Below are positions 1 through 10,583 of a DNA stretch of 64,000 nucleotides, piece after piece. The stretch spans positions 45,414 to 109,413 of the forward strand of contig JAPLVR010000003.1 of the NCBI GenBank assembly GCA_026397015.1, written 5' to 3'. The notes below the pieces were generated by a model that saw only the letters and a list, made by a program, of their open reading frames with translations, did no database searches and was not told the origin of the DNA. The DNA comes from Candidatus Iainarchaeum sp. (GTDB lineage Archaea; Iainarchaeota; Iainarchaeia; Iainarchaeales; JAAZKV01). The position numbers were made by a program, and so were the translations under genes. Each line of letters opens with the position of its first letter. Position 1 is the stretch's first letter.

Positions 1-76
1 TTACAACAATCTAGCCAAATAAATCGCCTTCCAACCAAAAAAATTCAAACAAAACAAAAAATTTACTCAAAATATT

Positions 77-1084
77 CTACGCGCGCAATTCCAAAACAAG
101 GTTCTCAAACTTTTCACAGAAGGGCACAATGTCATACTGCTTCACAAGCCTACGCCCCATTTTTCCCGCTTTGCCCCTAAATGATTTATTTTTAACGAGA
201 CGGTGCAACGCATTGAACCACTCATCTTCATTGTTGTTTGTTGAAATCAGGAAGCCGCTCCTTTCGTTTTCTATTAACTTTTTATTTACGCCGACTGCGG
301 TGGCAACACATGGAATTCCTGCGGCCATATACTGCAATAACTTGTAACCGCCTTTGCCCCTGTTCTCAGTATCATCCCTTATTGGCATTACTCCAATATC
401 AAATTCGGCCAAGTCTTTGCGTTCTTTTTCAAGGCTCCACTGCCTGTACTCAACCTGTATATTTTTGAATTCGTGATTTACCCTTTCTGTCGTTCCACCA
501 ATAATGACAAATCTAACTTTTGAACCCACTTTTTTTCCAATCCTTTCAAGGGCATTTGCAATAAGATTAATATTTTTGCTTGTGTTTGGGCTTCCAATCC
601 AACCAATAGTAACCAAAGAAGATTTTTTTCTAAAATTCAAACATTTGGAATAATATGCAAAATTAATAGGGCCCAGAAGAATTTCAACCCTTGCTTTCGG
701 ATTGACTTTTTTGCAATGCACCCTGTTGAATTCGTTTTCAACCAGAACCAAATCCGCGAGTTTCACAAATTCATCAACTTCGGGCCACTTCATGTAGGAC
801 GGGTCATCAAGGTCGTAAATAATTTTTTTCCCGATGGATTTCATCAACTTCACAATAAATAGGATGCGCCTTGAAACGCTTTTCTGGACAAAAAGAATAT
901 CAAAAAAAGGCGCCTTGAGAATGAATTCAAGCTCTCTTCCCCTGAATCCAAGGCCTGCGCCGGTGCATATTGTTGAATGGATTCTTTTATTTTTGAGCCG
1001 TGGAAGAATCTCATATACCCGCGTCCTCGAACTTGCAAGATTGTAATTTCCAAGAGGGAGGGCAAGAATTTTTATTTCAGCCAT
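77..1084 (-). CDS. Glycosyltransferase family 4 (GT-B)
   Basis: IGWIGS, DIGVMP and 'KLLQYMAAGIPCVAT' GT4 C-terminal signature. ATG at 1084 follows a GGTG SD-like site (ORF is open to 1105). Confidence 0.9.
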   Translation of the reverse strand: MAEIKILALPLGNYNLASSRTRVYEILPRLKNKRIHSTICTGAGLGFRGRELEFILKAPFFDILFVQKSVSRRILFIVKLMKSIGKKIIYDLDDPSYMKWPEVDEFVKLADLVLVENEFNRVHCKKVNPKARVEILLGPINFAYYSKCLNFRKKSSLVTIGWIGSPNTSKNINLIANALERIGKKVGSKVRFVIIGGTTERVNHEFKNIQVEYRQWSLEKERKDLAEFDIGVMPIRDDTENRGKGGYKLLQYMAAGIPCVATAVGVNKKLIENERSGFLISTNNNEDEWFNALHRLVKNKSFRGKAGKMGRRLVKQYDIVPFCEKFENLVLELRA

Positions 1085-1164
1085 ACTTTCACCCAAAACA
1101 GACAAACAAGCCTAGCTACTGACAGTACCAATAGGTTTAAAATACTAAAAAAGCTTTTTGGTTT

Positions 1165-2094
1165 ATGCATAAGCTCTCAATGATAGTAAACGCCTACAAC
1201 GAGGAAAAGAATTTGCCCTCGTGCATCGCGTCGCTCAAAGACCAATCCGTAAAACTTTTTGAAATAATTGTAGTGGACAACGGGAGCACCGATAAAACTG
1301 CGGAAGTGGCAAAAAAAGCCGGCGCAAAGGTTTTCAGCATAAAACCGCGAAGCAGGGGACTTGCAAGGGACTACGGATTGAGAAAAGCAAAAGGAAACAT
1401 AATTGCCTATCTTGATTCAGACATGGTCGTTAACAGAGACTGGACAAAGGAAATTTTAAAAAAATTTGACGAGGGCACAAATTTTGTTGTCGATAGAATT
1501 CATGTTTGGAAGCCTGACAACCCCTACACAAAGAGTCTTGACACCTTCTACACTTTCAGAATAGACAACGATTACAAGCCCTTTACTGCATGGGCATACA
1601 GAAAAGATTTGTTAAAAAAAATTGGCGGGTACAAGGATGTTTGGCTTGAAGACGCGGAATTGGCGCAGCGCATATTCAAAGCAGGGTACAAAATAGTGCT
1701 TGCGGATAAGGCCATAAGGTATCACAAGGGCTCGCCTCGAACTTTTTATGATACAATAAAAAGGAATTATTTCTTCGGCTTTCATGATGCAAAAAGCGTT
1801 TACACCAAATATCCTGGAACACTTCCAAAAAAGAGGCTTGCGGCATATCTGCTGTTCATGGGCTTTGAAGCAGCTGCAATAATTTCCTCGCTCGCTCTTT
1901 GGAATACCACCTTCCTGCTTTGGATTCCAATATCGATTTTGCTTCTTTATTTCGCCCTGCTGGCGAAATTTTTATTCATAAATAAGGCATTCGGAAAAAT
2001 TTCTTTCACAAACTGCATACTGATAAGTTATGCCTCGCTAATCCGCGCCCTCATCTGGCCGGCGGGGATAATAAGGGGATACTTTTTCAACTGA
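1165..2094 (+). CDS. Glycosyltransferase family 2 with C-terminal TM helices
   Basis: IVNAYNEE, VVDNGSTD and YLDSD (DxD) motifs; hydrophobic C-terminus. Confidence 0.9.
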   Translation: MHKLSMIVNAYNEEKNLPSCIASLKDQSVKLFEIIVVDNGSTDKTAEVAKKAGAKVFSIKPRSRGLARDYGLRKAKGNIIAYLDSDMVVNRDWTKEILKKFDEGTNFVVDRIHVWKPDNPYTKSLDTFYTFRIDNDYKPFTAWAYRKDLLKKIGGYKDVWLEDAELAQRIFKAGYKIVLADKAIRYHKGSPRTFYDTIKRNYFFGFHDAKSVYTKYPGTLPKKRLAAYLLFMGFEAAAIISSLALWNTTFLLWIPISILLLYFALLAKFLFINKAFGKISFTNCILISYASLIRALIWPAGIIRGYFFN

Positions 2095-2200
2095 AAAAAA
2101 CCTTAATCACTTTTTTCTTTTTTGTCGAATCTTCTTTTGCAATTCCAACAAAAACTGGTTCGCCGATTTCCCCGGACCCTATTATAGTCGTCATTTTCAT
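2087..2200 (-). pseudogene. Possible 37-codon remnant of a Rossmann-fold dehydrogenase N-terminus
   Basis: Manual translation MKMTTIIGSGEIGEPVFVGIAKEDSTKKKKVIKVFFS*. It has a GxGxxG motif, GGGTG directly before the ATG, and lies just downstream of the epimerase on the same strand. Confidence 0.3.
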
Positions 2201-2226
2201 CACCCGCAGGCAAAGATCAAAAAAAT

Positions 2227-3216
2227 TTAGAGCTGGTTCAGCGCCGAGCCCTTGTCTTCGAATACACCGTAATATTTTCTGAACCAGTCAATCGTTCTCT
2301 TCAATCCATCGTCAAAAGAAACTTTCGGTTCCCAGCCGAGAATTTTTTTGGCTTTTGAGGAATCGGAATACATCCTCCATATCTCATTCGGCCTGTATGG
2401 CAAGTCACCTATTCCAAGCGCAGATTTTGAGCCCGAGAACTTAACTATCTTTTTCGCCAAGTCTGCGATTGAAACCTCGTGGCTTTTCCCGCTGCCCACA
2501 TTTATTACTTTTCCAACGGCCTCCTCTTTTTGCGCGGCCAGGATGAAACCTTCGATTGTATCATCGACAAAATTAAATTCGCGGGTTTGCTCGCCCTTCG
2601 TAGTGCTTATTCTTTCATTTTTAAACGCCTTCAGAATAAGCTCGGGAATAACGGCTGAGGGACTTTGGTATGGACCAAACACATTAAACGGGCGCAGAAC
2701 AACAATCGGATCATTTTTTACGCGCTGTTTCATTCTTACATAAAGTTCGCCGGCATATTTTGTAACAGAGTAGGGGCTTGACGGATTCGGACAGGCTGTT
2801 TCGATAAAGGGTTGAGTTTCCTGTAGACCGTAAACTTCGCTTGTCGAAGTGTACACAAACCTTTCATACCCTTCGCAGGATTCAAGCAAATTTGCCGTGC
2901 CTTTCGCATCCACGTCGAAGCATTCCTGCACATGGCTAAAGCTTCTTCCCACATGGTTGAAAGCGGCAAGATGAAAAATTATTTCGGGCGCGAGCTTCTT
3001 TATCTGCTGCATCGAGTCAAAATTTCTTATGTCGCCCTCAATAATGTTCAATTTTTCCCAGACCGGGCTGAGCCTAATGTTTACCACCTTTTCCTGGTAT
3101 TGGACTAAAACGGAAACTTTCGCGCCTTCGTTCAAGAGCCGCTTTGTCAAGTGGCTGCCTATAAATCCTGCACCGCCCGTAACGAGAACATTTTTTCCCT
3201 TAAAAAAATTTGCCAT
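2227..3216 (-). CDS. NAD-dependent nucleotide-sugar epimerase/dehydratase (extended SDR)
   Basis: VTGGAGFIGSHL, STSEVYG, YxxxK (YSVTK), RPFNVFGP; GGAGG upstream of ATG 3216. Confidence 0.92.
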   Translation of the reverse strand: MANFFKGKNVLVTGGAGFIGSHLTKRLLNEGAKVSVLVQYQEKVVNIRLSPVWEKLNIIEGDIRNFDSMQQIKKLAPEIIFHLAAFNHVGRSFSHVQECFDVDAKGTANLLESCEGYERFVYTSTSEVYGLQETQPFIETACPNPSSPYSVTKYAGELYVRMKQRVKNDPIVVLRPFNVFGPYQSPSAVIPELILKAFKNERISTTKGEQTREFNFVDDTIEGFILAAQKEEAVGKVINVGSGKSHEVSIADLAKKIVKFSGSKSALGIGDLPYRPNEIWRMYSDSSKAKKILGWEPKVSFDDGLKRTIDWFRKYYGVFEDKGSALNQL

Positions 3217-3251
3217 TAAACCAACTCCTCCAAATCTACTCAAACCCGAAT

Positions 3252-3947
3252 TTATCCAAATACATAACTAAAAACTTTTATCTTGCTTTCGGCTTCCTTT
3301 TTTTCGTGTTCGGTATTGAAAGTTATGTGCTCCCCTCTGTGTTTGTGGGCAAACATTTTTCCACTGGAAACCACCATGTCAAGAAATGGAATCCATTCGA
3401 AGCGATTCGCCCCCTTCAAAACCTTTTTTTCGAAAACATAAAATCCAATATTAAACCAAAACGGCAGCAGCGGCTTTTCCTTGAAACATGTTACTTTCGC
3501 GCCTTTTGTTTCCATTAATCCGAATGGGCTCGCCATCTGATAAAGAACGTTTGTTATAAGAGCCTTTTTCCTTTTATGAAGCGCAACCAATTTATTCAAA
3601 TCAACATCCGCAACTGTATCGCCGTAACAAACAACAAACCGTTCCCCGCAAAATTTGCTCGCATCCATTATCCTTTCAAGCATCGAGGCGGCTGGGCCTG
3701 AATTCACAAATTTTACCTTCCATTTCTTTCTGGAAAAATTCTTGACCGAACTTTCAATCAGTTTTGCCTTATACCCTGTACAGACAATAAAATCGTCGAA
3801 CCCTTGGGAGGCGCAAAGCTGCATCAAGTACTGCAAAACGGGCTTGTTCTTTAACTCAACCAGCGGCTTTGGGATCTCTTTTGTCAGGGGCATCAGGCGC
3901 ACGCCCTTTCCGCCGCAAAGAATCACAATTTTCGTGCTTCCCATCAT
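3252..3947 (-). CDS. Sugar-phosphate nucleotidyltransferase
   Basis: ILCGGKGVRL..PKPLV signature, YGD, FKEKP. Confidence 0.9.
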   Translation of the reverse strand: MMGSTKIVILCGGKGVRLMPLTKEIPKPLVELKNKPVLQYLMQLCASQGFDDFIVCTGYKAKLIESSVKNFSRKKWKVKFVNSGPAASMLERIMDASKFCGERFVVCYGDTVADVDLNKLVALHKRKKALITNVLYQMASPFGLMETKGAKVTCFKEKPLLPFWFNIGFYVFEKKVLKGANRFEWIPFLDMVVSSGKMFAHKHRGEHITFNTEHEKKEAESKIKVFSYVFG

Positions 3948-5548
3948 CTTACTACCTTGTAGATTTTAGCGCACCCTTGTTCAAAAACCTTTTGGATCAA
4001 TCCGGTTTCCTCAAGAAGCGGCAATTTTTCAGACAGCGAATCGCTGTAGCACGTCGACGCGACAAACAAAGCGCCCTTTGATTTGAGCTCCGTAGAAAGT
4101 TCACTCACGGAAAAATTTTCAGCCAAATCCAATTGAATAATTTCCTGCCCGCTGTAATAATTCAGTTCCCTTGCCTTTCCAACCGAAGCAATTTTGCTTA
4201 TTTCAGGATGCGCATCCAAATATGTGAATAATGGCGCGTCTTTTTCTTGAACAGAATAATAAAAAAGCGCGCTCCCTGAAGTCAGAGCAAAAGAAAACAG
4301 AGAAAAAAGAATTAGCGAGGAAATCAAAATAAATTTCGTTCTGCCCTGCAAACGCAAAAAACCTGCGCCTAGCAGAATCCCGAAAAAAGGGAAGAACGGA
4401 ACGAAATACCTTATGTACCAGTCGCCGCGTATTACGTGAACTACGGGGATGAGCCCGAGCAGCATCGAAAATATTATTACAAGAAAGAAAATTCGCAATG
4501 GGGCAATCGGCTTTGTTTTACGCAAAAATTCACCTATTCTTTTAGCCCCTGAAATAATTTCCAAAATAATTTGTCGCGTTGCAACAAAAAAAATCGGAAA
4601 AACCATCACTGCAAAAAGGGCCGCAATCAAAAATATTGGCAAAGCGGAAATCAGCGGAATTTTTGAAGCAGCCATGGAAGGGGGAAAATCAAAAAAACTC
4701 AGATATGCCCTAAACAAAATTTCAGGATTAAAAGCATTCAGCAAATTTATCGAAGTTACTTTGTCAATCGGCAGATAACTTTCTGTTACAGATGCAGAAG
4801 CACCTGAATTTAAATATGAAAAAATAAAAAAGCTGGCTGACAAAAGGATTGCAACAAAAAACAACACAATAAACAAAAGAAACTTTTTCGGGATTATTTC
4901 GCGCTTGGAACCGCTCTTACACAGGAAATGCGCCGGACCGTACTTCCAAAACAGAACAATTAATACTCCTACAAGCATCGCCGGCAGCGCAACGGCGATT
5001 GTGAGTTTTGAAAAAGAAACAAGGAGCAACGCGAAAAAAGTTAGTGCCAAGTATTTAATTTCAGAAGACTTATTTGTTGATTCAACCCATGAATAAAAAG
5101 AATAGACAAAAAAAAGCAAAACAGTTGCGGCGAAAGACTCAACCATATTGACAGAACCGATTCTGGTCAGCCATGGATATGCCAAGACAAACAATAACGG
5201 AATCTGGTATGTCTTCGGAAAAATTTTTTTGAAAAGCAGAAAAGCAAGGGCTGCTTGGACAATCATTACCAGAAGCGGAATGACTTTTACGAACGGCCAA
5301 ACCATTGGAAGGCCTGTGAGGCCAAAAAAAGCGGCAAGTACGAAATGATAAAGGAGCGGTGGTGCATTGGATGGAAGGGGATTCCCCTCAATCAAATCTT
5401 TTGCCAAATTCAAGTGATAAACAGAATCATTGTACGCCGGCTCCGGCACAACAAAAATTGAAAAAATTCTGCAAAACAATGCGATTAAAATAAGCAAAAA
5501 AAGGATTTTTTCCGAGTTTTGAACCAAAACCCTTGATATGCGAAGCAT
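3944..5548 (-). CDS. Multi-TM GT-C fold glycosyltransferase (ArnT/PMT-like)
   Basis: About 12 hydrophobic segments, 'NDSVYH' after TM1, PPLLY, RYFVP, soluble C-terminal domain. Confidence 0.65.
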   Translation of the reverse strand: MLRISRVLVQNSEKILFLLILIALFCRIFSIFVVPEPAYNDSVYHLNLAKDLIEGNPLPSNAPPLLYHFVLAAFFGLTGLPMVWPFVKVIPLLVMIVQAALAFLLFKKIFPKTYQIPLLFVLAYPWLTRIGSVNMVESFAATVLLFFVYSFYSWVESTNKSSEIKYLALTFFALLLVSFSKLTIAVALPAMLVGVLIVLFWKYGPAHFLCKSGSKREIIPKKFLLFIVLFFVAILLSASFFIFSYLNSGASASVTESYLPIDKVTSINLLNAFNPEILFRAYLSFFDFPPSMAASKIPLISALPIFLIAALFAVMVFPIFFVATRQIILEIISGAKRIGEFLRKTKPIAPLRIFFLVIIFSMLLGLIPVVHVIRGDWYIRYFVPFFPFFGILLGAGFLRLQGRTKFILISSLILFSLFSFALTSGSALFYYSVQEKDAPLFTYLDAHPEISKIASVGKARELNYYSGQEIIQLDLAENFSVSELSTELKSKGALFVASTCYSDSLSEKLPLLEETGLIQKVFEQGCAKIYKVVR

Positions 5549-5625
5549 AAAGCATTTATATAATTGAAGCTTTTAATAGTTATTGATACAAACGCAAAAG
5601 CCGTTTGAAACCTCGGGTGAAATTG

Positions 5626-6600
5626 ATGCAAAAAATAAACTGCCTTGTCGTAATGGTGCCGTGCTACAACGAGGAAAAAACAATCGGAACGCTGATTAAA
5701 CTTGTTCCAAAAAGAATTCAAGGCGTTGGAAAAATAAAAATATTGATAATTAATGACGGAAGTTCAGACGGAACTGTTGAAGAGGCAAAAAAAGCCGGCG
5801 CAACCAAAGTTCATTCGCATTACCCAAACAGGGGATTGGGAATAACTTTCAGGGAAGGAATCTGGGAAGCACTGAAAATGGGCGCTGATGTTGTTGTGAA
5901 CATTGACGCGGATTTGCAATTCAATCCGAAAGATATTCCCGCGCTCATAAAGCCGATTCAAGAAGGAAAGGCAGAGGTTGCAACATGCACAAGATTTGGA
6001 AAAGAAGAATTTGCTCCGAAAATGCCCTTCATGAAAAAAATAGGAAATAGCTTTTTTACAAAAACGGTTTCAATTATTTTAAAACAAAAATTCACCGATA
6101 CACAATGCGGCTTCAGGGCATACACAAAGGAAGCATGCCTGAGAATGAACCTGTTCGGAAAATTCACTTACACCCAAGAAGTATTTCTTGACCTCGTGAA
6201 CAAGGGCATGAAAATTGTGGAGGTTCCGCTTAAAGTTAAAGGGGAAAGGGACGGAAAAAGCAGGATAGTGAAAAGCTGGTACTCCTACGGAATAAGATCT
6301 ATGCTTATTATTGTAAGGTCAATAAGAGATAACTACCCGCTAAAATTTTTCGGAAGCATCGGCACAATTGTTTTCTTGTCAGGTTTCCTGCCCGGCGCAT
6401 GGCTTTTTGCAAGATGGGTTCTCATTGGAAAAACCTCGCCGTATCAATCGCTCATATTGGTTTCCGCGACGCTTATGATTTTAGGTTTCCTCCTTTTGAT
6501 TCTGGCGCTGTTGGCAGATTTGCAGGACAGGCAGAGAAAAATGATGGAGGAAATAATTTACAACCAGAAAAAAGAGATTTTAGAAAAACAAGCAAAATAA
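5626..6600 (+). CDS. GT2 polyprenol-phosphate glycosyltransferase (GtrB/DPM-like) with two C-terminal TMs
   Basis: VPCYNEE, INDGSSD, IDADLQ, DTQCGFRAY. Confidence 0.9.
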   Translation: MQKINCLVVMVPCYNEEKTIGTLIKLVPKRIQGVGKIKILIINDGSSDGTVEEAKKAGATKVHSHYPNRGLGITFREGIWEALKMGADVVVNIDADLQFNPKDIPALIKPIQEGKAEVATCTRFGKEEFAPKMPFMKKIGNSFFTKTVSIILKQKFTDTQCGFRAYTKEACLRMNLFGKFTYTQEVFLDLVNKGMKIVEVPLKVKGERDGKSRIVKSWYSYGIRSMLIIVRSIRDNYPLKFFGSIGTIVFLSGFLPGAWLFARWVLIGKTSPYQSLILVSATLMILGFLLLILALLADLQDRQRKMMEEIIYNQKKEILEKQAK

Positions 6601-6624
6601 AAATCAAAAATAAAAGGTAACCAG

Positions 6625-7782
6625 ATGAAAATTCTTGTTTTGACAACTTCGTTTCCAAGATGGAGGGGCGACTGGGCGGGCAGCTTCGTTCTCGACCTTG
6701 CAAAGAGCCTGTCAAAAAGAAATGATGTTACCGTTTTAACTCCCAATTTTCCGGGTGGCAAAAAAAACGAAAAGATCGGAAAAATTGCAGTCAAGAGATT
6801 TGATTATTTCTTTCCAAAAGGAATACAAAAAGTAATCTACCCAGATGGTTTGCCAAATCAAGTTAAAAAGAGCATCCTCGCAAAAATAGAACTGCCTTTT
6901 TTCTTCCTTGCATTCATCATCCATGCAATAAAAGAAACAAAAAACTCGGATTTTCTACTTTGCAACTGGTCCCTGACAGGAATGGCCGCTGAAAACGCGA
7001 AACATTTCACCGGAAAAAAATTCGGAGTAATTTTGAGAGGCATCGATATGAAAATTATTGAAGGAAAGGGCATGCTTTCGGAACTGTTCATAAATAACCT
7101 GAAAAAATCCAACGCCGTTTTTGTTGTCACCACCGAATTTCTTAATCCTCTAAAAAAATTAGGGGTGAGAAATGTTTTTTACGCACCGAACGGAATTGAA
7201 AAGGAAATTTTTGACATCCCAAAAAAGAAGGCAAAAAAAGAGCTTGGATTCGGAAAAGAAAAAATAATCCTCTTTGTAGGAAGCCTGATTGAAAGGAAGG
7301 GCGTGAAATATCTTATCGAGGCAATGCAGGGAATCAACGCAAAACTGATTATAGTGGGGGAGGGTGAAGAGAGAGAAATACTTGAAAAGCTTGCAAAAAA
7401 AGAAAATGTGAACGCTGCCTTTTTTGGGCGGATTGAAAAGGAAAAAATTCCTTTGTGGTTTTCCGCATGCGATATTTTTGTGCTCCCCTCGCTTTACGAG
7501 GGCAGGCCGAATGCGCTTCTTGAAGCGCTTGCCTCAGGCAAGGCATGCATTGCCACCGAAATAAACGGGGCAAAAGAGCTTGTGAGAAACGGCCACAACG
7601 GCATTCTGGTACAGCCAAAAAATTCCAAAGAAATAAACCAAAAAATAAAACTTTTATTAAAAAACAAAAAATTGCGCGCTAAATTTGAAAAAAATGCGAA
7701 GGACAGCGTTAGAAAAAACATTTTAACGTGGGATGAATCTGCAAAAAGATACGAAAGACTGATTGGACAAATCATTCAATAA
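6625..7782 (+). CDS. Glycosyltransferase family 4
   Basis: LFVGSLIERKG, FVLPSLYEGRPNALLEALASG. Confidence 0.93.
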   Translation: MKILVLTTSFPRWRGDWAGSFVLDLAKSLSKRNDVTVLTPNFPGGKKNEKIGKIAVKRFDYFFPKGIQKVIYPDGLPNQVKKSILAKIELPFFFLAFIIHAIKETKNSDFLLCNWSLTGMAAENAKHFTGKKFGVILRGIDMKIIEGKGMLSELFINNLKKSNAVFVVTTEFLNPLKKLGVRNVFYAPNGIEKEIFDIPKKKAKKELGFGKEKIILFVGSLIERKGVKYLIEAMQGINAKLIIVGEGEEREILEKLAKKENVNAAFFGRIEKEKIPLWFSACDIFVLPSLYEGRPNALLEALASGKACIATEINGAKELVRNGHNGILVQPKNSKEINQKIKLLLKNKKLRAKFEKNAKDSVRKNILTWDESAKRYERLIGQIIQ

Positions 7783-7815
7783 AAAAGAACAAAAAAGTTG
7801 CCACCTATCAAAAAG

Positions 7816-9126
7816 TTATACAATTTTTTTTAATTTTGCAATAAACACATTTTTTTGGCAGAACCTTGAAGGAAATCCTTTCGATTCAAATTTTTCAAAA
7901 AAATTTAAGAAATGCAATTTTTTAAGAACACGCCAAATGGTAGAAAACCCTTTTGGAACCCTTACGTACTCAAATGAATCAAATGACGGAAACAGGGAAA
8001 ATCCTTTCTCGCCAACAATATCGTAACCTGCTTTTTTAAAAATTTCAATCACCTGCGCTCTGCTTCTTGGAATTTCCGGGCCGAATCTTCTGCCAAAGCC
8101 ATTTCTAAAAATAACCCCAATCATAGAAAGAGAATTCAAATTAGACAAACAAATTTTCCCATTTTTTCCAAGTGCCTTCTTGAGCTGCAACAAAATTTCA
8201 AGAACACGTTCTTTTGGAAGTCTGTTTAATGTATTTGGAAGAAAAATGGAATCAAAACCAGGCTGCCCGAAAGCACCTAAATCACCACTCAAAATCTTAA
8301 CATTTTTCAGACCAAGTGAATGACGCCTTTTTTCAAACCATCTTTTCAGCCCTTCTGAATAAACAACGCAAAAAAAATCTTTCTGCCTGTTTGCCGAAGC
8401 AATGGCAAAAGGAATATTGCCGTCAATATCATAAACGAAAAGATTTTTCGCCCCAAGAAGAGTTTCAAAAAAATGCAGTTCGTTTTTGAACTCGTATAAG
8501 AAAAGCGGCTTGTAACCAATCTCAGGGGATTTTGCAAAAACCGCCTTCTCCGAAAATTTTGCTATTTCCTCAAATTGCCAATCATCAGGGTTTTTGCTGG
8601 AACTTGAGGACAAAAAAAAATTATTGTAAACCGAATCATTAAGCACAGGTTTTGATGGTTTCAACGGCTTCTCAAATGGAAAGCCGAAGCCGACACAGGA
8701 AACAATCGAAAAGTTTGCAGGAATTTTTAACAATTCGGCAATTTTTTTTCCGTCACCGAAACTGTTTATCCACCACGACCCGATGCCGATTGAATGCGCA
8801 TAGAGAAGCATGTTTTCTATTGCAGCCGAAGCGCTCTGAAAATTTGCATAGTTTCTGCTGTTGAAGCAATTGTCACACACAACAAAAACCGGCGAAGGAA
8901 TTTTTTGAATAGACACAAACCCGGCTTCCTTACAAATTTTTTCTTTTAACGCCAAATCAGAGATTACTATGAATTTTGTGAGCGGCTGATTGCAGGCGGA
9001 AGGCGCTTGAAGCCCCGCTTCGATTATCCTCAAAATAGTTTGTTCAGGCACTTCTTTCTGCTTAAACCGTCTAACCGTTCGGCGTTCCCATATGACTTCT
9101 TTAACATCCATAAAAAAACCGTTCAA
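7816..9126 (-). CDS. Nitroreductase fused to a degenerate class I methyltransferase-like domain
   Basis: RRTVRRF, APSACNQP, AIENMLLYAHSIGIGS (nitroreductase). C-terminal half has FDSI and LKKALGKNGKI, which are MTase-like. Alternative ATG at 9111. Confidence 0.75.
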   Translation of the reverse strand: MNGFFMDVKEVIWERRTVRRFKQKEVPEQTILRIIEAGLQAPSACNQPLTKFIVISDLALKEKICKEAGFVSIQKIPSPVFVVCDNCFNSRNYANFQSASAAIENMLLYAHSIGIGSWWINSFGDGKKIAELLKIPANFSIVSCVGFGFPFEKPLKPSKPVLNDSVYNNFFLSSSSSKNPDDWQFEEIAKFSEKAVFAKSPEIGYKPLFLYEFKNELHFFETLLGAKNLFVYDIDGNIPFAIASANRQKDFFCVVYSEGLKRWFEKRRHSLGLKNVKILSGDLGAFGQPGFDSIFLPNTLNRLPKERVLEILLQLKKALGKNGKICLSNLNSLSMIGVIFRNGFGRRFGPEIPRSRAQVIEIFKKAGYDIVGEKGFSLFPSFDSFEYVRVPKGFSTIWRVLKKLHFLNFFEKFESKGFPSRFCQKNVFIAKLKKIV

Positions 9127-9156
9127 TTTTATTTATCCTTTTTTACTCTCCTTTTT

Positions 9157-10554
9157 TTATCTGTCCCTCAATAATTCATTCATGAAAGGGCTATTTATTT
9201 TGTTGCCTTTTGCCATCTCTTCAATTGCAATAAAAACCTTTAGAAGAAGAAACAAAAATTTTGTTTCAACAACGAAATTCTCCGGTTTGCCCGTCTTGAT
9301 ATTATAATATTCAACAAATAAATTTTTGAATGAGTGCGCGCCCAATATGCCTTCCAAAATTTTGGCTGCGCCCCTTGCATATTTTTTGTTCCCTGAGAGT
9401 TCGGAAAGTTTCAACAGAACAACAAGAAAATCGGTCTGGGAATCGAGGCGCGAAATAAACTTTTTTTCCATTGAGGGATTAGAAATTTTCAGCGGAGAGG
9501 AGTATTCAAAAAAAATTTCTGGAATAAGCCCTGACTTATCCGCCTTGGAAAGCCATGCACTCGCAACCGACTCCGCAAGGTTAAGCGCCTCTTTTTTTCC
9601 TGTTACCTTATAAATTTCCAAAAGAGCGTCAATGACAGCGTGGTCGCCGCCCAAATAATGCACTTTCCAGTCGCCGGGCCAAAGCGCCCTGAAAACTCCT
9701 TCACCCATTAACATTTTTTGTTCAAGCGCATTAACCCACTTCTCAAAAACATTTTCAAGAAAATCGCTTTTTGAAGAATCATAAACCTTCACCAGCCCGA
9801 ATATCAAATTTACATTGCTTTTGGTAAGCATAACACTGTCAATCGGCAGACCGGTTTCTTTCTTAAAAATCAAGCCAATAACGGGTTTTAAAATCCTTGA
9901 AGTAGAGGCAAACGAAAATAACCCATTTTCTTTGAAAAAACTGTTTTCAATCCAAGGTTCAGAACTTTTTTCTGCGAATTCAAAATACTTTTTGTTTTTA
10001 GAATAATTTGAAAGATTAACTGCTTCTTCAATGTAGAGCCCGGTAAATTTTCCGTTAGAAACAGGCCACTTAATCCAATTCGATTTTTTGTAACAAATAA
10101 AATTATTACTAATCATTTCCGAAGAAAGCCCGTCGAAAAAATCTGCGCATGATTTCAAATAAAATTCGTCTTTGGTAAGTTGATACATCAGGTTTAACCC
10201 TAAAGAGACGTCCGACATTTTGTCCGCATCAAAATAATTTTTTTTTGCCTCAAAATCGCGTTCGCCAAACTTTGTTAAAAATAATCCATTGCCGGCTTGA
10301 AACTGACGAATTGAAATTTTTGAAGTGCTTTCAGCCCATTCGACAAAATCATTTCGCCCGCGTACTTTCCCCCAATACCAAACAAAAGGAAAACAATCCC
10401 CGAAATCGCTAACCGTCGGCTGCCCGAAATTTTTACCTGATTTTACATCAATGAAACAGCGCGGCACCTCGCCGCTTTCAAAGGATTCCAATAATGTTTC
10501 AAGCATTTTGTCCATTCTTTTTTCAAAAAAAAGAAGACGATTTTTGGCAAACAT
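9157..10554 (-). CDS. (alpha/alpha)6-barrel protein, glycoside hydrolase/epimerase-like
   Basis: Repeated helical motifs 'LMYQLTKDEFYL', 'EIYKVTGKKEAL' and 'LSELSGNKKY' typical of six-hairpin glycosidases. Confidence 0.55.
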   Translation of the reverse strand: MFAKNRLLFFEKRMDKMLETLLESFESGEVPRCFIDVKSGKNFGQPTVSDFGDCFPFVWYWGKVRGRNDFVEWAESTSKISIRQFQAGNGLFLTKFGERDFEAKKNYFDADKMSDVSLGLNLMYQLTKDEFYLKSCADFFDGLSSEMISNNFICYKKSNWIKWPVSNGKFTGLYIEEAVNLSNYSKNKKYFEFAEKSSEPWIENSFFKENGLFSFASTSRILKPVIGLIFKKETGLPIDSVMLTKSNVNLIFGLVKVYDSSKSDFLENVFEKWVNALEQKMLMGEGVFRALWPGDWKVHYLGGDHAVIDALLEIYKVTGKKEALNLAESVASAWLSKADKSGLIPEIFFEYSSPLKISNPSMEKKFISRLDSQTDFLVVLLKLSELSGNKKYARGAAKILEGILGAHSFKNLFVEYYNIKTGKPENFVVETKFLFLLLKVFIAIEEMAKGNKINSPFMNELLRDR

Positions 10555-10583
10555 AATAGCATATTTTTAGGTGCCAAAACTAT

